The position numbers were made by a program, and so were the translations under genes. Positions 1-12,210 of a stretch of 64,000 nucleotides of DNA are shown here, in pieces. The stretch covers positions 416,001-480,000 of the forward strand of contig CAWJIM010000024.1 in NCBI GenBank assembly GCA_963842945.1. Direction: 5' to 3'. Numbering within the stretch: position 1 is the stretch's first letter; the number at the start of each line of letters is the position of its first letter. The DNA is from an uncultured Gemmatimonadales bacterium. GTDB taxonomy: Bacteria > Gemmatimonadota > Gemmatimonadetes > Gemmatimonadales > GWC2-71-9. The notes below the pieces were generated by a model that had not been told where the DNA came from, made no database searches, and was given only the letters and a program-made list of their open reading frames with translations.

Positions 1-302
1 AAGAGGAACATCATCGTCAGCCCGTGCATGGTGAAGAACTGATTGTAGGCGTCCGGGCCCAGCACGGTGTTCTCCGGACGGGCCAGCTGGGCGCGCATGG
101 TTGCGGCTTCCAGGCCGGCCAGCACGAAGAAGATGAAGGCGGTGACGATGTATCGCTTGGCGACGGACTTGTGATCGACGCTCCTCAGCCAGTGCCAGAG
201 CCCGGGAGGCTGGGCCCAGGTCTGCTCCAGCTCGCGCCTGACGCGTTCCTGATCCTCGTACGGCGGTGGAGGCTGAGGAACCGGGGCGGCCGCGGCGCTC
301 AT
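1..302 (-). CDS. ctaD: cytochrome c oxidase subunit I, N-terminal part (runs off the window start)
   Basis: Manual translation of the minus strand from ATG at 302: MSAAAAP...SVDHKSVAKRY...MRAQLARP...YNQFFTMHGLTMMFL. This is the heme-copper oxidase subunit I N-terminal signature. Confidence 0.9.
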   Translation of the reverse strand, partial: MSAAAAPVPQPPPPYEDQERVRRELEQTWAQPPGLWHWLRSVDHKSVAKRYIVTAFIFFVLAGLEAATMRAQLARPENTVLGPDAYNQFFTMHGLTMMFL

Positions 303-1279
303 TTCAGAGTCTCCAGATATGCCAGCAGAGCCTGCAGATCAGCCGGTTCGAGCTGGTTCGGCGGCATGCGGGTGCCCGGCTTGATGGTCTGCGGGTCCAG
401 GATCCAGCCGGCCAAATTGCCCCGGGTATTGGGCAACGTTCCCGCGGCGATGGTCCGCCGGCTGGCCAGATGGGTGAGGTCGGGCCCGATGCGGCTTCCC
501 GGCGGGAGTGCCCGCTATGGCGTGACACATGACGCAGCTCGAGGCCAGAAATACTTCCTGGCCCCGGATGGCGAGCGCAGTGGTTGGGGTGAGAGCGGTA
601 TCCCGCTGTGCGGCAAGCCAGCTGGCAAAGCTGTCCGGGCGTTGGGCGATGACCAGGAAGCCCATCTTGGCATGCTGCTGCCCGCAATACTCGGCGCACT
701 GGCCCCGGTACACTCCGGCGGTGTCGGCTTGAAGCCAAAGGCTGTTGTCCTTGCCCGGTATCAGGTCACGCTTATGGCTTATGGTCGGGCGGCCAGAAGC
801 TGTGAATCACGTCAGTGGAGAGAAGCTCCAGCACAACGGGCCGGCCCGACCGGGATGTGCAGCTCATTGGCCGTGGTGAACCAGTTATGCGCCACCGAAT
901 CGCGGTACTGCAGCTCCCACCACCATTGGTGGCCGGTCACCCGGACCTGCAGCGCCTCCTTGCCGAACCCGCGAGTGAGCTGCCGGCCCACCGCGACATC
1001 GTAGACCAGAAATCCGAACAGGATCAGCACGGTCAACGCCGTCGCGATGCTCACCGCCGTGGTGAGCGACCGCTCCCGGCCGGGATCGGTTTCCGGAGCT
1101 TCGGCGCCGCGTCTGCGGAGCGCACCCAGGAGCAGCGCCAGTACCACTAGGACGAATACGACGGCGGAGACGAGATACATGGCATCCCACAGCCGATCGA
1201 TCAGCCGGGTCTGCGGACTGCTGGGGTTCAGTACCGAGTGAGATTGCTGCAGCAGGCTGAGCATGGCCAGCTCCGTCAT
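299..1279 (-). CDS. ctaC: cytochrome c oxidase subunit II with fused C-terminal cytochrome c (caa3 type), frameshifted
   Basis: Two TM helices, GHQWWW, ELHIPVG, DVIHSFW, CuA motif CAEYCGQQH and heme motif CVMCH. These are spread over several frames (indels near 840, 780 and 495). The stop overlaps the ctaD ATG. Confidence 0.88.
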
Positions 1280-1822
1280 TGCCGCTCAGCCGAAGGGGGA
1301 ACAGCCGACTGCACCGGCTTGGCCTTATCGCTGGCCTGCTCCTGGCTCCGCACCTGCATATCGTCGTTGCGGCCGGTCGCCACGTCCTTCCGGAGCAGCC
1401 CGCTCATGGAGCGCACGTAGGCCACGATTTGCCAGATCTGGTCCGGATTGATCTTGCCGCCGAACGAAGGCATGCCGTTAGGCCTCCCTTCGGCGATGGT
1501 CTCGAAGATGTTCTCCGGCCTGCTGCCGTAGACCCACTCATCGTCCATCAGCGGTGGACCGATGCCACCACCGCCCTGAAAGTGACACCCGGAGCAGTTG
1601 AACAGATTGTACAGCGACTTTCCCTGAGCGACCCCGTACGCATTCTGCTCGTATGGCCCGTTGATCGATCCGCTTCGGACTGGCGGCCCGGGTTGCAGTC
1701 CGGTCTCGCGAGCGGCCGGCATGGTGGAGGTGGCGCTGGGCGGCATACCCTGAAAGTTCCGCTCCTCCCGCTGGCAGGCTGCCAGCGTCAGGCCGACCAG
1801 GCAGATGCCGGCTGCTTCTCAT
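1276..1822 (-). CDS. monoheme cytochrome c (XoxG/MxaG-like), probable lipoprotein
   Basis: CSGCH...GPPLMDDEWVYG...GRPNGMPSFG. An in-frame extension upstream gives ICLVGLTLAAC (lipobox). The ATG at 1822 is one base out of frame. Confidence 0.8.
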
Positions 1823-1829
1823 GACCCCA

Positions 1830-3704
1830 TTACGGAAGTGAGAACACATACAGCATCCCGCCTTTGGTCGTTGCCTGGGGAAGATCCTTCATCGCGTTGA
1901 CGAACCCGAGCGCCGCACTGGAGTCTCTGACATCCAGACCGCCGGCCACCACGGCACCGGCCCAGCCGCCCACCCCGGAGAGCACCGCCACGTACTCCTT
2001 GCCGTCGGGTCCCCGATAGACGATCGGCTGTCCGATGATGCCCGAGCCCACCTTGAACTTCCACAGCTCGGTGCCGTCTCGCGCGTTCAGTGCCTTGAAC
2101 CAGCCGTCCATCGTACCGTAGAACACGACGTCTCCGGCGGTCACCACCGTCCCGCTCCAGACCGGGAACTTCTCCTTCACTTTCCAGACAGCCCTCCGCT
2201 CCACTGGATTCCAGGCGGTGACTTCACCCCGGTGACCGCCCGGTCCGGCGTACATCTTCACGATGGCCGCCACGTAGGGCGTGCCCGAGATGTAGTTGGC
2301 CTCGACTGCTTCTTCGTCCTGGCAGAGGTTCTGGTGCGGGATGTACAGCAATCGGGTGCGGGGTGAGTATGACGACGGCTGCCAGTCCTTGGTCCCCGGA
2401 GCCGCAGGACAGATTCCCCGCACCACCTTGCCGGTCTGCGGGGCCTTCTCCGGTACCTCGATCGGCCGGCCGGTCGTGAGGTCGACGCCCTTAGTGGTGG
2501 TGATGTAACCGTACGGATCGGCGGAGAGGACTTCACCAGTCGTGCGGTCGAGCACGTAGATGTATCCGTCCCGCTCCGGCCGGATCAGCACTTTCCGCAT
2601 TCGACCCTTGATCGCCAGATCCAGCAGGACCAGCTCGTTGACGCCATCGTAGTCGAATAGGTCGTGCGGGCTCCACTGGTAGCTCCAGACCGCCTGTCCG
2701 TCATCGGGATCGCGGGCGAACATGGCGGCGGTCCACTTGTTGTCGCCCGGTCTCACATCCGGGTTCCAGGGACCGGGGTTCGCGGTGCCGTAGTAGATCA
2801 GGTCGAGGTCGCGGTCGTAGGAGATCCAACCCCACACGCCGCCGCCGCCAATCTTCCAGGCATCGCCGGGCCAGGTGGAAACACCGAGGTCCTTGCCTTT
2901 GTCATGTGAGTAAAACGGCTTGAACCGGGAGCCGATCAGTACGTCCTTGTCGGGGCCGGTGTGGTAGGCTCTCCAGGCGAGCTTCCCGGTCTTGGCGTCG
3001 AGGGCGGTAAGCCAGCCGCGGACTCCGAATTCTCCGCCACTGTTTCCCACCAGGACTTTGCCCTTGACCACCAGCGGGGCCATGGTAGTGGTCTCGCCCT
3101 TGTTAATGTCCCCGACCCGGGTGCTCCAGACCTCTTTTCCGGTTTTGGCGTCCACCGCATGCGTCGTGGCGTCGAGACTGTTGAAGTAAATCTTTCCGTC
3201 GTAATACGCCGCGCCCCGGTTCACCAGGTCGCAACAGGCCACGCCCTGTGCCGCAAGGGCAGGGCTCGGCTTGTACGTCCACTTGGCCGGTGCGCCCGGC
3301 TGGGTGAGATCCAGCGCATACAGATAATTCGGAAACGGCGTCACGATGTACATCGTGTTGTCGACCACCAACGGCGCCGCCTCGTGGCCCCGAGTCACCC
3401 CGGTGGAGAAGGTCCATGCCAGCCGCAGCTGGCCCGCGTTCTGGGCCGTGATCTGAGTGAGTGAGCTGTACCGAGTCGATGCGTAATTCCGGGCGGGCAT
3501 GGTCCACTGCCCATCATCCGCACTGGAATCCGAGGTGGCCGTCGCTGGAACTCGGGAGGGGAGACTGGTGGCATTCTGGCCGCGATCCGGGCGATCGGGT
3601 GAACGCGAGCACCCAACCAGAACGAGGAGGGCGCCACCGATCCGGATACACCTGCCAGGCTGCGAGCTCACGCTCATCCTGCCGGTACGAGGGACGGCAA
3701 TCAT
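1830..3704 (-). CDS. xoxF: PQQ-dependent methanol/ethanol-family dehydrogenase, lanthanide-dependent XoxF type
   Basis: Vicinal CCD, GGEFGVRG, NPGPWN and PHDLFDYDGVNE (DYD rather than the DYA of MxaF), PQQ beta-propeller repeats, and N-terminal LLVLVGC lipobox. Confidence 0.85.
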   Translation of the reverse strand: MIAVPRTGRMSVSSQPGRCIRIGGALLVLVGCSRSPDRPDRGQNATSLPSRVPATATSDSSADDGQWTMPARNYASTRYSSLTQITAQNAGQLRLAWTFSTGVTRGHEAAPLVVDNTMYIVTPFPNYLYALDLTQPGAPAKWTYKPSPALAAQGVACCDLVNRGAAYYDGKIYFNSLDATTHAVDAKTGKEVWSTRVGDINKGETTTMAPLVVKGKVLVGNSGGEFGVRGWLTALDAKTGKLAWRAYHTGPDKDVLIGSRFKPFYSHDKGKDLGVSTWPGDAWKIGGGGVWGWISYDRDLDLIYYGTANPGPWNPDVRPGDNKWTAAMFARDPDDGQAVWSYQWSPHDLFDYDGVNELVLLDLAIKGRMRKVLIRPERDGYIYVLDRTTGEVLSADPYGYITTTKGVDLTTGRPIEVPEKAPQTGKVVRGICPAAPGTKDWQPSSYSPRTRLLYIPHQNLCQDEEAVEANYISGTPYVAAIVKMYAGPGGHRGEVTAWNPVERRAVWKVKEKFPVWSGTVVTAGDVVFYGTMDGWFKALNARDGTELWKFKVGSGIIGQPIVYRGPDGKEYVAVLSGVGGWAGAVVAGGLDVRDSSAALGFVNAMKDLPQATTKGGMLYVFSLP

Positions 3705-3772
3705 GGCCAGCGGAGGGCAACGCTGCTGTGACCCACGCTACAATGGCATCGGCTGTTTATACTATTCAGCCC

Positions 3773-5146
3773 ATGCGGACCATTATAGAGCCGTTCAAGA
3801 TCAAGGCCGTCGAGCCGATTCGGATGACGACGGCTGAAGAACGGGATCGCAAGCTGCGCGCTGCCGGCTTTAATGTCTTTCTGCTCCCCGCCGAGGACGT
3901 GCTCATCGACCTGCTGACCGACAGCGGCACGGCAGCCATGAGCTCGGAGCAATGGGCCGCCGTCATGCGGGGCGACGAGTCGTACGCCGGAAGCCGTTCC
4001 TGGTACCGCTTCGAGGCGGCAGTGCACGAGATCTTCGGCTTTCGCCACATCCTGCCCACGCACCAGGGTCGGGCCGCGGAACGGATTCTGTTCTCGGTGC
4101 TCTGCCAGCCGGGCCACGTGGTCCCCAACAACACCCACTTCGACACCACCCGCGCCAACATCGAATTCACCGGGGCAGAGGCACGCGATCTGGTGATCCC
4201 GGAAGGCCTGATCCCCTCCGCCCGTCATCCATTCAAGGGCAACATGGATGTTGACGCGCTGCGCCGGCTGATCGCCGACGTGGGTGCCGAGCGGGTCCCG
4301 CTCTGCATGCTCACCGTCACCAACAACTCCGGCGGGGGGCAGCCGGTCTCGATGGCCAATGTACGGGCCGTCTCCGGAATCTGTAAAGAATATGGGATCC
4401 CATTGTATATCGATGCCTGCCGGTTCGCCGAAAACGCCTACTTCATCAAGCTCCGGGAAGACGGCTACGCCGGCCGGCGGCCGATCGAGATTGCCCGGGA
4501 GCTGTTCTCCTACGCCGACGGCTGCACCATGTCGGCCAAGAAGGATGGTCTGGCCAACATCGGCGGACTGCTGGCCACCAACGACGAGCGTTTGGCCTCG
4601 AAGGAGCGGAACCTGCTCATTCTCACCGAAGGGTTTCCCACTTACGGGGGGATGGCCGGCCGCGACCTGGATGCGATCGCGGTTGGGCTCCACGAGGCTC
4701 TGGACGAGGACTACCTCCTCTACCGGATCCGCTCGACCACTTACCTGGGGGAGCACATTGCGCAGGCCGGTGTGCCCATCGTGCAGCCGCCCGGGGGTCA
4801 CGCGATCTATCTGGACGCGGCGGCCTTTTTTCCCCAGATCCCGCCGCTCGAGCTTCCCGGCCAGGCGCTGGTGGTGGAGCTGTATCGGGAGGCGGGCATC
4901 CGGGGAGTCGAGATCGGCACCGTCATGTTCGGCAAGAGGGATCCGGAAAGCGGGCAGGAGACCGCGGCACCAATGGAGCTGGTGCGGCTCGCGATTCCGC
5001 GCCGGGTCTATACCCAGAGCCACATCGACTATGTGGTTGAGGCCATTCTCCAGGTCTGGGAACGCCGGGCAGAGGTGCGCGGATACCGCTTTGCCGAACA
5101 GGCTCCCTGGCTGCGCCATTTCACCGCACGCTTCGAGGAGGTGTGA
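3773..5146 (+). CDS. tnaA: tryptophanase (PLP beta-eliminating lyase)
   Basis: EPFKIKAVE, DLLTDSGT and the PLP lysine in MSAKKD. VEIG and LRHFTA match TnaA rather than tyrosine phenol-lyase (MERG, LRFFTA). Confidence 0.88.
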   Translation: MRTIIEPFKIKAVEPIRMTTAEERDRKLRAAGFNVFLLPAEDVLIDLLTDSGTAAMSSEQWAAVMRGDESYAGSRSWYRFEAAVHEIFGFRHILPTHQGRAAERILFSVLCQPGHVVPNNTHFDTTRANIEFTGAEARDLVIPEGLIPSARHPFKGNMDVDALRRLIADVGAERVPLCMLTVTNNSGGGQPVSMANVRAVSGICKEYGIPLYIDACRFAENAYFIKLREDGYAGRRPIEIARELFSYADGCTMSAKKDGLANIGGLLATNDERLASKERNLLILTEGFPTYGGMAGRDLDAIAVGLHEALDEDYLLYRIRSTTYLGEHIAQAGVPIVQPPGGHAIYLDAAAFFPQIPPLELPGQALVVELYREAGIRGVEIGTVMFGKRDPESGQETAAPMELVRLAIPRRVYTQSHIDYVVEAILQVWERRAEVRGYRFAEQAPWLRHFTARFEEV

Positions 5147-6210
5147 TCCGGTTGATTGCAGTGGGTGCGGGGCGGGTGTTCGAGCGATTCCACCTGCCCG
5201 CGCTCCGGACTCTGCCACAGTGGTCGCTTGCCGGGGTGGTGGACTCCAGTCCCGGTCGCCTGGCCTGGGCCGCCGCGCAGATACCAGGGATACTCACCGA
5301 GCACACGCTGGAGCGGCTGCTCTCCCGAATACGCCCGGACGCGGTACTGATCTCATCATCCCCTGAGACCCACTGTGCGCTGGCCTTCGAAGCGATGGGG
5401 GCCGGCGCCAACGTGTTGATCGAAAAGCCTATGGTGCTCCGGGTGGCGGAGGCGGAGCAGCTGCTCAACGCCTCCCGCAGCCTGCGCCGCCAGGTTTGGG
5501 TGGGCTTCAATCGCCGGTTTCGCCCCGCGTATATCAAGCTCCGAACTCGGCTCGCATCCTCCGCGGGTGGTCCGGTTCGGTTCGCCCGGTTCGAGCTAAG
5601 GTCTGACCCGCTCGGCTGGGGCTCGGTGTCAACCCACGCGGCTCGGAACGACCGGGCGGCGGCGGTGCTCCAGGATATTGCCAGCCACCAGCTCGATCTG
5701 GTCCCCTGGCTCCTGGGGTGGGACCCCACTCGAGTGCAGGCGCGCTTCCTTCAGCAAGACGACCGGGGAACCAGGATCCAGGTGAATCTCCAATTTCCCG
5801 ACGGGACGGTGGCGTCGTGTCTGGCGGGGCACGTGCCGGGGTACGTGGAGCGGCTGGAGGTCGAATCCAATAGCGGCCGCTGGATGGCCGGCCCCGGCGG
5901 GCTCATGCGACAGCGGGTGTTGCCCCGCACCGCGCTGGAGATCTGGAGCGGGGCCCGCACCCGGGGCCGCGCACTGGCCCATAAATTGATGAGGCGTCCC
6001 GGGGACACCCTGGAGACCTTCCGACGACAGTACCTGGCCTGGGCGGATGCGCTGACGGCCCCGGCGGAGACCAGCGCCACCGAGTCGGCGCCGGCAGCCG
6101 ATGGACGGGCCGGAGCCCGGTCGGTTGTCCTGGTGGATGCGTCGCGCCGGAGCCTGGCGCTAGAAGGTGACTGGGTCGACGTCACCTACCCTCATACCAT
6201 GACCAGATGA
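5143..6210 (+). CDS. Gfo/Idh/MocA family oxidoreductase
   Basis: Rossmann GAG, LIEKP, VGFNRRF, DIASHQLD. Confidence 0.85.
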   Translation: MIRLIAVGAGRVFERFHLPALRTLPQWSLAGVVDSSPGRLAWAAAQIPGILTEHTLERLLSRIRPDAVLISSSPETHCALAFEAMGAGANVLIEKPMVLRVAEAEQLLNASRSLRRQVWVGFNRRFRPAYIKLRTRLASSAGGPVRFARFELRSDPLGWGSVSTHAARNDRAAAVLQDIASHQLDLVPWLLGWDPTRVQARFLQQDDRGTRIQVNLQFPDGTVASCLAGHVPGYVERLEVESNSGRWMAGPGGLMRQRVLPRTALEIWSGARTRGRALAHKLMRRPGDTLETFRRQYLAWADALTAPAETSATESAPAADGRAGARSVVLVDASRRSLALEGDWVDVTYPHTMTR

Positions 6211-7745
6211 ACTCACGCCCACCGGTGGTGATGATCGGACTGGACGCCGCGGATCACGACCTGATCGAGCGGCTCTGCCAGGCGGGAGAGATGCCGACGC
6301 TTGCAGCGCTCCGCGGCCGCGGTGCGTACGGCGGGTTGGAGGGCTGCGCCGCACGCTTCGCAGGGGGGGTGTGGCCCAGCTTCTATACCGGCAGCGACGT
6401 CGCCTGGCACGGCCTCTATCACAACAAAATCTGGCGGCAGGAGCGGATGTGCGTGGAGGTGGCGGACGAGAGCTGGTTTCCGCAGCCGCCGTTCTGGGAG
6501 CTGCTCGACCGGGAGCGGTTTCGGATCGCCGTACTCGACGTTCCGATGACGGTGTCGCTGCCCAAGCCGCTCAATGGCTTTCATCTGGCCGGCTGGGGCA
6601 CCCACGACGTCATCGCCCGCGGTTCCTGGCCCGCCGAGCTGTGGAACCAGCTGGGCAAGGAGTTCGGCCCGCCGTACATGCCGGCGGAATTGTTCGGCGC
6701 GCAATCGGCGGGAAGCCTGCAGCGGTTGACCAAACAACTGATCGACTCCACCGAGCAGATGGCCGCGATCGGTGAGTCGCTGCTGACGCGGGAGCAGTGG
6801 GACCTCTTCCTGCTGGTGTTCGGCGCCAGCCATCGCGGTGGACACTATCTCTGGGACCTCTCCCAGATCGATCGCTCACGGCTTGCAGACGGCGAACGCA
6901 CCGCACTGGAGGGAGCCCTGATCGACGTGTACCGAGCCTTAGACCGGGCCCTAGCCCGGGTTCTGAGCCGGGCTCCGGCGGACGCCCGCATCGTCGTGTT
7001 CGCGGTACACGGGATGGGGCCGAACACCACCTGGGCGGACCGGGTGCCGGACATGCTGCAGCGCATGCTGACCGGTACCACGGCTCAGTCACCTAAGAAA
7101 GGGGCGCTGTATCGCCTGAAGCAGATGCTGCCCTGGCCGCTGGCTCGCGAGATCACCAGCCGTCTTCCGCACAGCGTCCAGAGCCGATTGGTAAAACTCT
7201 GGTCCAAGCGGATGTTCGACTGGGCCACCACCCGCGCCTTTCCGGTTCCCATGGATCACGCGGGGTACATCCGGGTAAACCTTCGGGGCCGTGAGCCGCA
7301 GGGCATCGTCTCGCCCGGTCAGGAGTACGATGCAATCTGCGCGGAACTGGCGGCCGGGTTCATGAGCTTTCGCGACCTCAAGACCGGATCGCCCATAGTC
7401 CGGTGCGTGTACCGCCAGCACGAGCTCGCTCCAGCCGATGCGCCCGCCCGCGACCGCCTCCCGGACCTGGTGATTGAATGGAACGGCGTTTCGCCGATCG
7501 AGTCGCCGGGGATCACCTCCAACCGCTATGGCGAGCTCCGCTGGGCCCCGGCTGGACGAATCCCCTCGGGACGAGCGGGAAACCATCGGGCTCACGGCTG
7601 GTTCGTGGCTGCGGGGGACGGCATAAAACGGGGGCAGGTAGACGGTCACAACATTCTGGACCTGGTGCCAACCGTGTGCGCGTGGCTCGGTGCGGATCTT
7701 GGTGACCGGCTGCAAGGCCGACCCATGCGCCTGTCAGGGCAGTGA
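6207..7745 (+). CDS. alkaline phosphatase-superfamily phosphodiesterase/nucleotide pyrophosphatase
   Basis: MIGLDAAD, WPSFYTG, HRGGH, VHGMG, GNHRAHG, DLVPT. Confidence 0.8.
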   Translation: MNSRPPVVMIGLDAADHDLIERLCQAGEMPTLAALRGRGAYGGLEGCAARFAGGVWPSFYTGSDVAWHGLYHNKIWRQERMCVEVADESWFPQPPFWELLDRERFRIAVLDVPMTVSLPKPLNGFHLAGWGTHDVIARGSWPAELWNQLGKEFGPPYMPAELFGAQSAGSLQRLTKQLIDSTEQMAAIGESLLTREQWDLFLLVFGASHRGGHYLWDLSQIDRSRLADGERTALEGALIDVYRALDRALARVLSRAPADARIVVFAVHGMGPNTTWADRVPDMLQRMLTGTTAQSPKKGALYRLKQMLPWPLAREITSRLPHSVQSRLVKLWSKRMFDWATTRAFPVPMDHAGYIRVNLRGREPQGIVSPGQEYDAICAELAAGFMSFRDLKTGSPIVRCVYRQHELAPADAPARDRLPDLVIEWNGVSPIESPGITSNRYGELRWAPAGRIPSGRAGNHRAHGWFVAAGDGIKRGQVDGHNILDLVPTVCAWLGADLGDRLQGRPMRLSGQ

Positions 7746-8827
7746 CCGGCACTCATCAGACGGCCGGTCGCCCGATCAGCCTCTGTCTGATCAACTACAA
7801 CGGGGCCTCCCACCTCAATCCATCACTCGGCGCCGTGCGCCGATCCCATCTTCGTTTTGCCGAGGTGATGCTGGTAGACAATGGATCTACCGACGAAAGC
7901 CTGGCTCTGGTGGAGCATTGTTATCCCGAGGTCCAGGTGCTGAGGCTGGCCCGGAATGACGGCCCGGCAGCGGCCCGCAATGCCGGTTTTCGGTCGGCCC
8001 GGCACGATCTGATTCTGTTCGTGGACAATGATGTCGCCATTGGGCCCGACTGTGCCTTCCAGCTGCAAGCGGCACTCGGCAAGCGCGCCGGCGTCGTGGC
8101 CGCCATGCCGAGGATGCTCCACGCCGGCCGCCGACACATCATCCAGTACGAAGGAGCGGATTGCCATTTCCTGGGTCACATGATTCCGCGGTGCTGCGAG
8201 CTGCCGCAGGACAGTGCTCCCATGGAAGTAGTGGAAGTGAGCTCCATGGTCACCGCCTGCTTCCTGCTCGACCGGGCCGTGTGGGGCGGAGATCCACCCT
8301 TCGACCCCAGCTTCGTCTTCAACTACGAGGATCACGATCTGGGAGTCCGCAGCCGGGTGCGGGGGCATCGGTTGCTGGCCGTACCCTCGGCCATCTGTCT
8401 TCACGGAACCGGAACACCCGGGCTGTCACACCGTCCGGGGGGGCGGCAGCAATCGGAGCTCCGAGTGTACTGCCTGATGCGCAACCGGTGGCGAATCATG
8501 CTGCACTGTTTCGCTGCACGCACGCTGCTCCTGCTTGCGCCGGTGATCATGCTGTTTGAGCTCTTTCAGCTGGCCGGATGTCTCCGGCGCGGTTGGCTGG
8601 GGATCTGGCTTCGGGCGGTGGGCTGGATGATGTCGCATCCCGGAATCACCCTGCGGCGCCGGCGGCAGGTTCAGCAGGCGCGCCGCACCGCTGACCGGGC
8701 CATTCTGCAAGGGGGAGACGTTCCGTTCTCTCGAGGTCTGGCTCAGGGTTGGGTGGAACGGGCCGCATGCCGAAGCCTGAATCGCCTCAGCCGGGGATAC
8801 TGGCGAGTGATTCAGGGCTGGCTTTAA
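7742..8827 (+). CDS. glycosyltransferase family 2
   Basis: LINYNG, VDNGSTD, ARNAG, FVDND, YEDHDL. Confidence 0.88.
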   Translation: MTGTHQTAGRPISLCLINYNGASHLNPSLGAVRRSHLRFAEVMLVDNGSTDESLALVEHCYPEVQVLRLARNDGPAAARNAGFRSARHDLILFVDNDVAIGPDCAFQLQAALGKRAGVVAAMPRMLHAGRRHIIQYEGADCHFLGHMIPRCCELPQDSAPMEVVEVSSMVTACFLLDRAVWGGDPPFDPSFVFNYEDHDLGVRSRVRGHRLLAVPSAICLHGTGTPGLSHRPGGRQQSELRVYCLMRNRWRIMLHCFAARTLLLLAPVIMLFELFQLAGCLRRGWLGIWLRAVGWMMSHPGITLRRRRQVQQARRTADRAILQGGDVPFSRGLAQGWVERAACRSLNRLSRGYWRVIQGWL

Positions 8828-8859
8828 GCGGCTCAGCTGGCCGCCGATTCTCCCGCCCG

Positions 8860-9405
8860 TTACGCTTTTACTTCCCCGCTTTCCCCCTTCCCCTCTTCCC
8901 CGCTGACTTCATACACCTCTTCTCGGGTGGGCCGGAAGCCTCTATTCAGGTAGTTGGGAAGCGCAGCGGGGTGATCCAGGGTGCAGGTGTGAAGCCACAC
9001 TCGGGTGGGACGGAGCTGCCATGCCGCCTGCGCCGCCTGGGTAAGTAGAAACTTTCCCCAGCCCCGGCCGATGAAATCAGGGAGTAACCCGAAGTACGCG
9101 ATCTCGGCCGAACGATCTTCGTGCTCCCGCAGCTCGAAGTACCCCGCGGGAGCTCCCTCCCAGGACATTACCCAGAGCGACACGCCCGGCGTCGCCAGGT
9201 GGGCCCGGATCCTCTCATCGCTCCAACGCAGGCGGTCGGTCCAGTGGTAGGCTTCGCCGACCTGCCGGTAGAGAAAACGAAAAAATTCGACGCTGCAGTG
9301 CTTCATCCGCTCGATGCGTGGTGCCGGCTCGGCCAGAGTTGCCGGTCGCAGCTCGGCGGGCGAAAGCATCTCGAGATAGGTTCGGGTAACGAGCACCGGA
9401 CTCAT
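8860..9405 (-). CDS. GNAT family N-acetyltransferase
   Basis: AYFGLLPDFIGRGWGK, RVWLHTCTLDHPAALPNY. Start placed at ATG 9405. Confidence 0.85.
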   Translation of the reverse strand: MSPVLVTRTYLEMLSPAELRPATLAEPAPRIERMKHCSVEFFRFLYRQVGEAYHWTDRLRWSDERIRAHLATPGVSLWVMSWEGAPAGYFELREHEDRSAEIAYFGLLPDFIGRGWGKFLLTQAAQAAWQLRPTRVWLHTCTLDHPAALPNYLNRGFRPTREEVYEVSGEEGKGESGEVKA

Positions 9406-9440
9406 GGAGCGAAAGTTACTGCGGAGCGCTGCGGCCTGAT

Positions 9441-9474
9441 AAAAACCGGGCTCCGGAGAATTTCCCGGAGCCCG
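9441..9474 (-). terminator. rho-independent terminator-like hairpin
   Basis: Stem CGGGCTCCGG/CCGGAGCCCG followed by a T-run on the minus strand. Confidence 0.55.
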
Positions 9475-9501
9475 CCCACGTCTCTCCTGAGGATCTCCCG
9501 C

Positions 9502-9534
9502 AAAAAAAAAAGCGGCCCCAGAAACTGGGGCCGC
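9502..9534 (-). terminator. rho-independent terminator of the 9557-9919 gene
   Basis: Stem GCGGCCCCA/TGGGGCCGC followed by T10 on the minus strand. Confidence 0.8.
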
Positions 9535-9556
9535 GGTAAAGCAAGTGTGATTCGGA

Positions 9557-9919
9557 CTACTGCTTCGTGCTGTCCGCGGGCGCGGCCATGTTGCTGCTGT
9601 CCTGGCCCATGTCACCCATGCTCGAGCTGTCGCTCGGCGTGGCAGACGTGCTGCTGTCGGTAGGCGTATAACCCGTGGTGTCACCGGTCGGCGCAGCCGT
9701 GGTGTCTACGGTCGTGGGCGCCGCAGTGCTGTCCTGCTGAACGAAGCTGGTGTCCGCTGGTGCCTGACCCATGGTGCTGTCAGTGGGCACGGCGGTGGTG
9801 TCCGTTGCGGTGACGGCAGTGGTGTCGCCGCGATCCGGCGCCGCACCAGTCTCGTCCTCGCCACGGTTGTGGCAGGCTGCCAAAGTCGCCGCGGCAGCCA
9901 GCATCAGAAGGTAACGCAT
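9557..9919 (-). CDS. small Asp/Thr/Ser-rich lipoprotein
   Basis: MRYLLMLAAAATLAAC lipobox, GAGGAG RBS, repeated DTT/DST units. Confidence 0.8.
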   Translation of the reverse strand: MRYLLMLAAAATLAACHNRGEDETGAAPDRGDTTAVTATDTTAVPTDSTMGQAPADTSFVQQDSTAAPTTVDTTAAPTGDTTGYTPTDSSTSATPSDSSSMGDMGQDSSNMAAPADSTKQ

Positions 9920-10115
9920 GGGGGTGTGCTCCTCTGGGCTAAGGGACCCTGCCCGCCTGAGGGTCTCAGCCGCTGTTGTCGTGTACCGCGGGCTCAACAT
10001 GGAAAACACCGCGCTATTCAAGCCGCGTGGCGAGAATGTACTCCGACATTTTCAATCCCGATAGGGTCTAAATCACACAAAACAGCGGGGGACTGGGGGC
10101 AGCAGGGGGGTGGAG

Positions 10116-12116
<2,001 letters not shown>

Positions 12117-12210
12117 TCAGATCATCCTAACGAGGAGCATTGGCCCCTTCGCAATGCTCAGGGTGACAACGGGTTCTGCCCCGCTGCCCCGCCGCCCCAC
12201 CGTCCCGCGT

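Noticed and set aside
3773..5146. Tyrosine phenol-lyase, suggested by the nearby Tyr catabolic genes
   Set aside because: Diagnostic residues (SAKKD, VEIG, LRHF) match tryptophanase.
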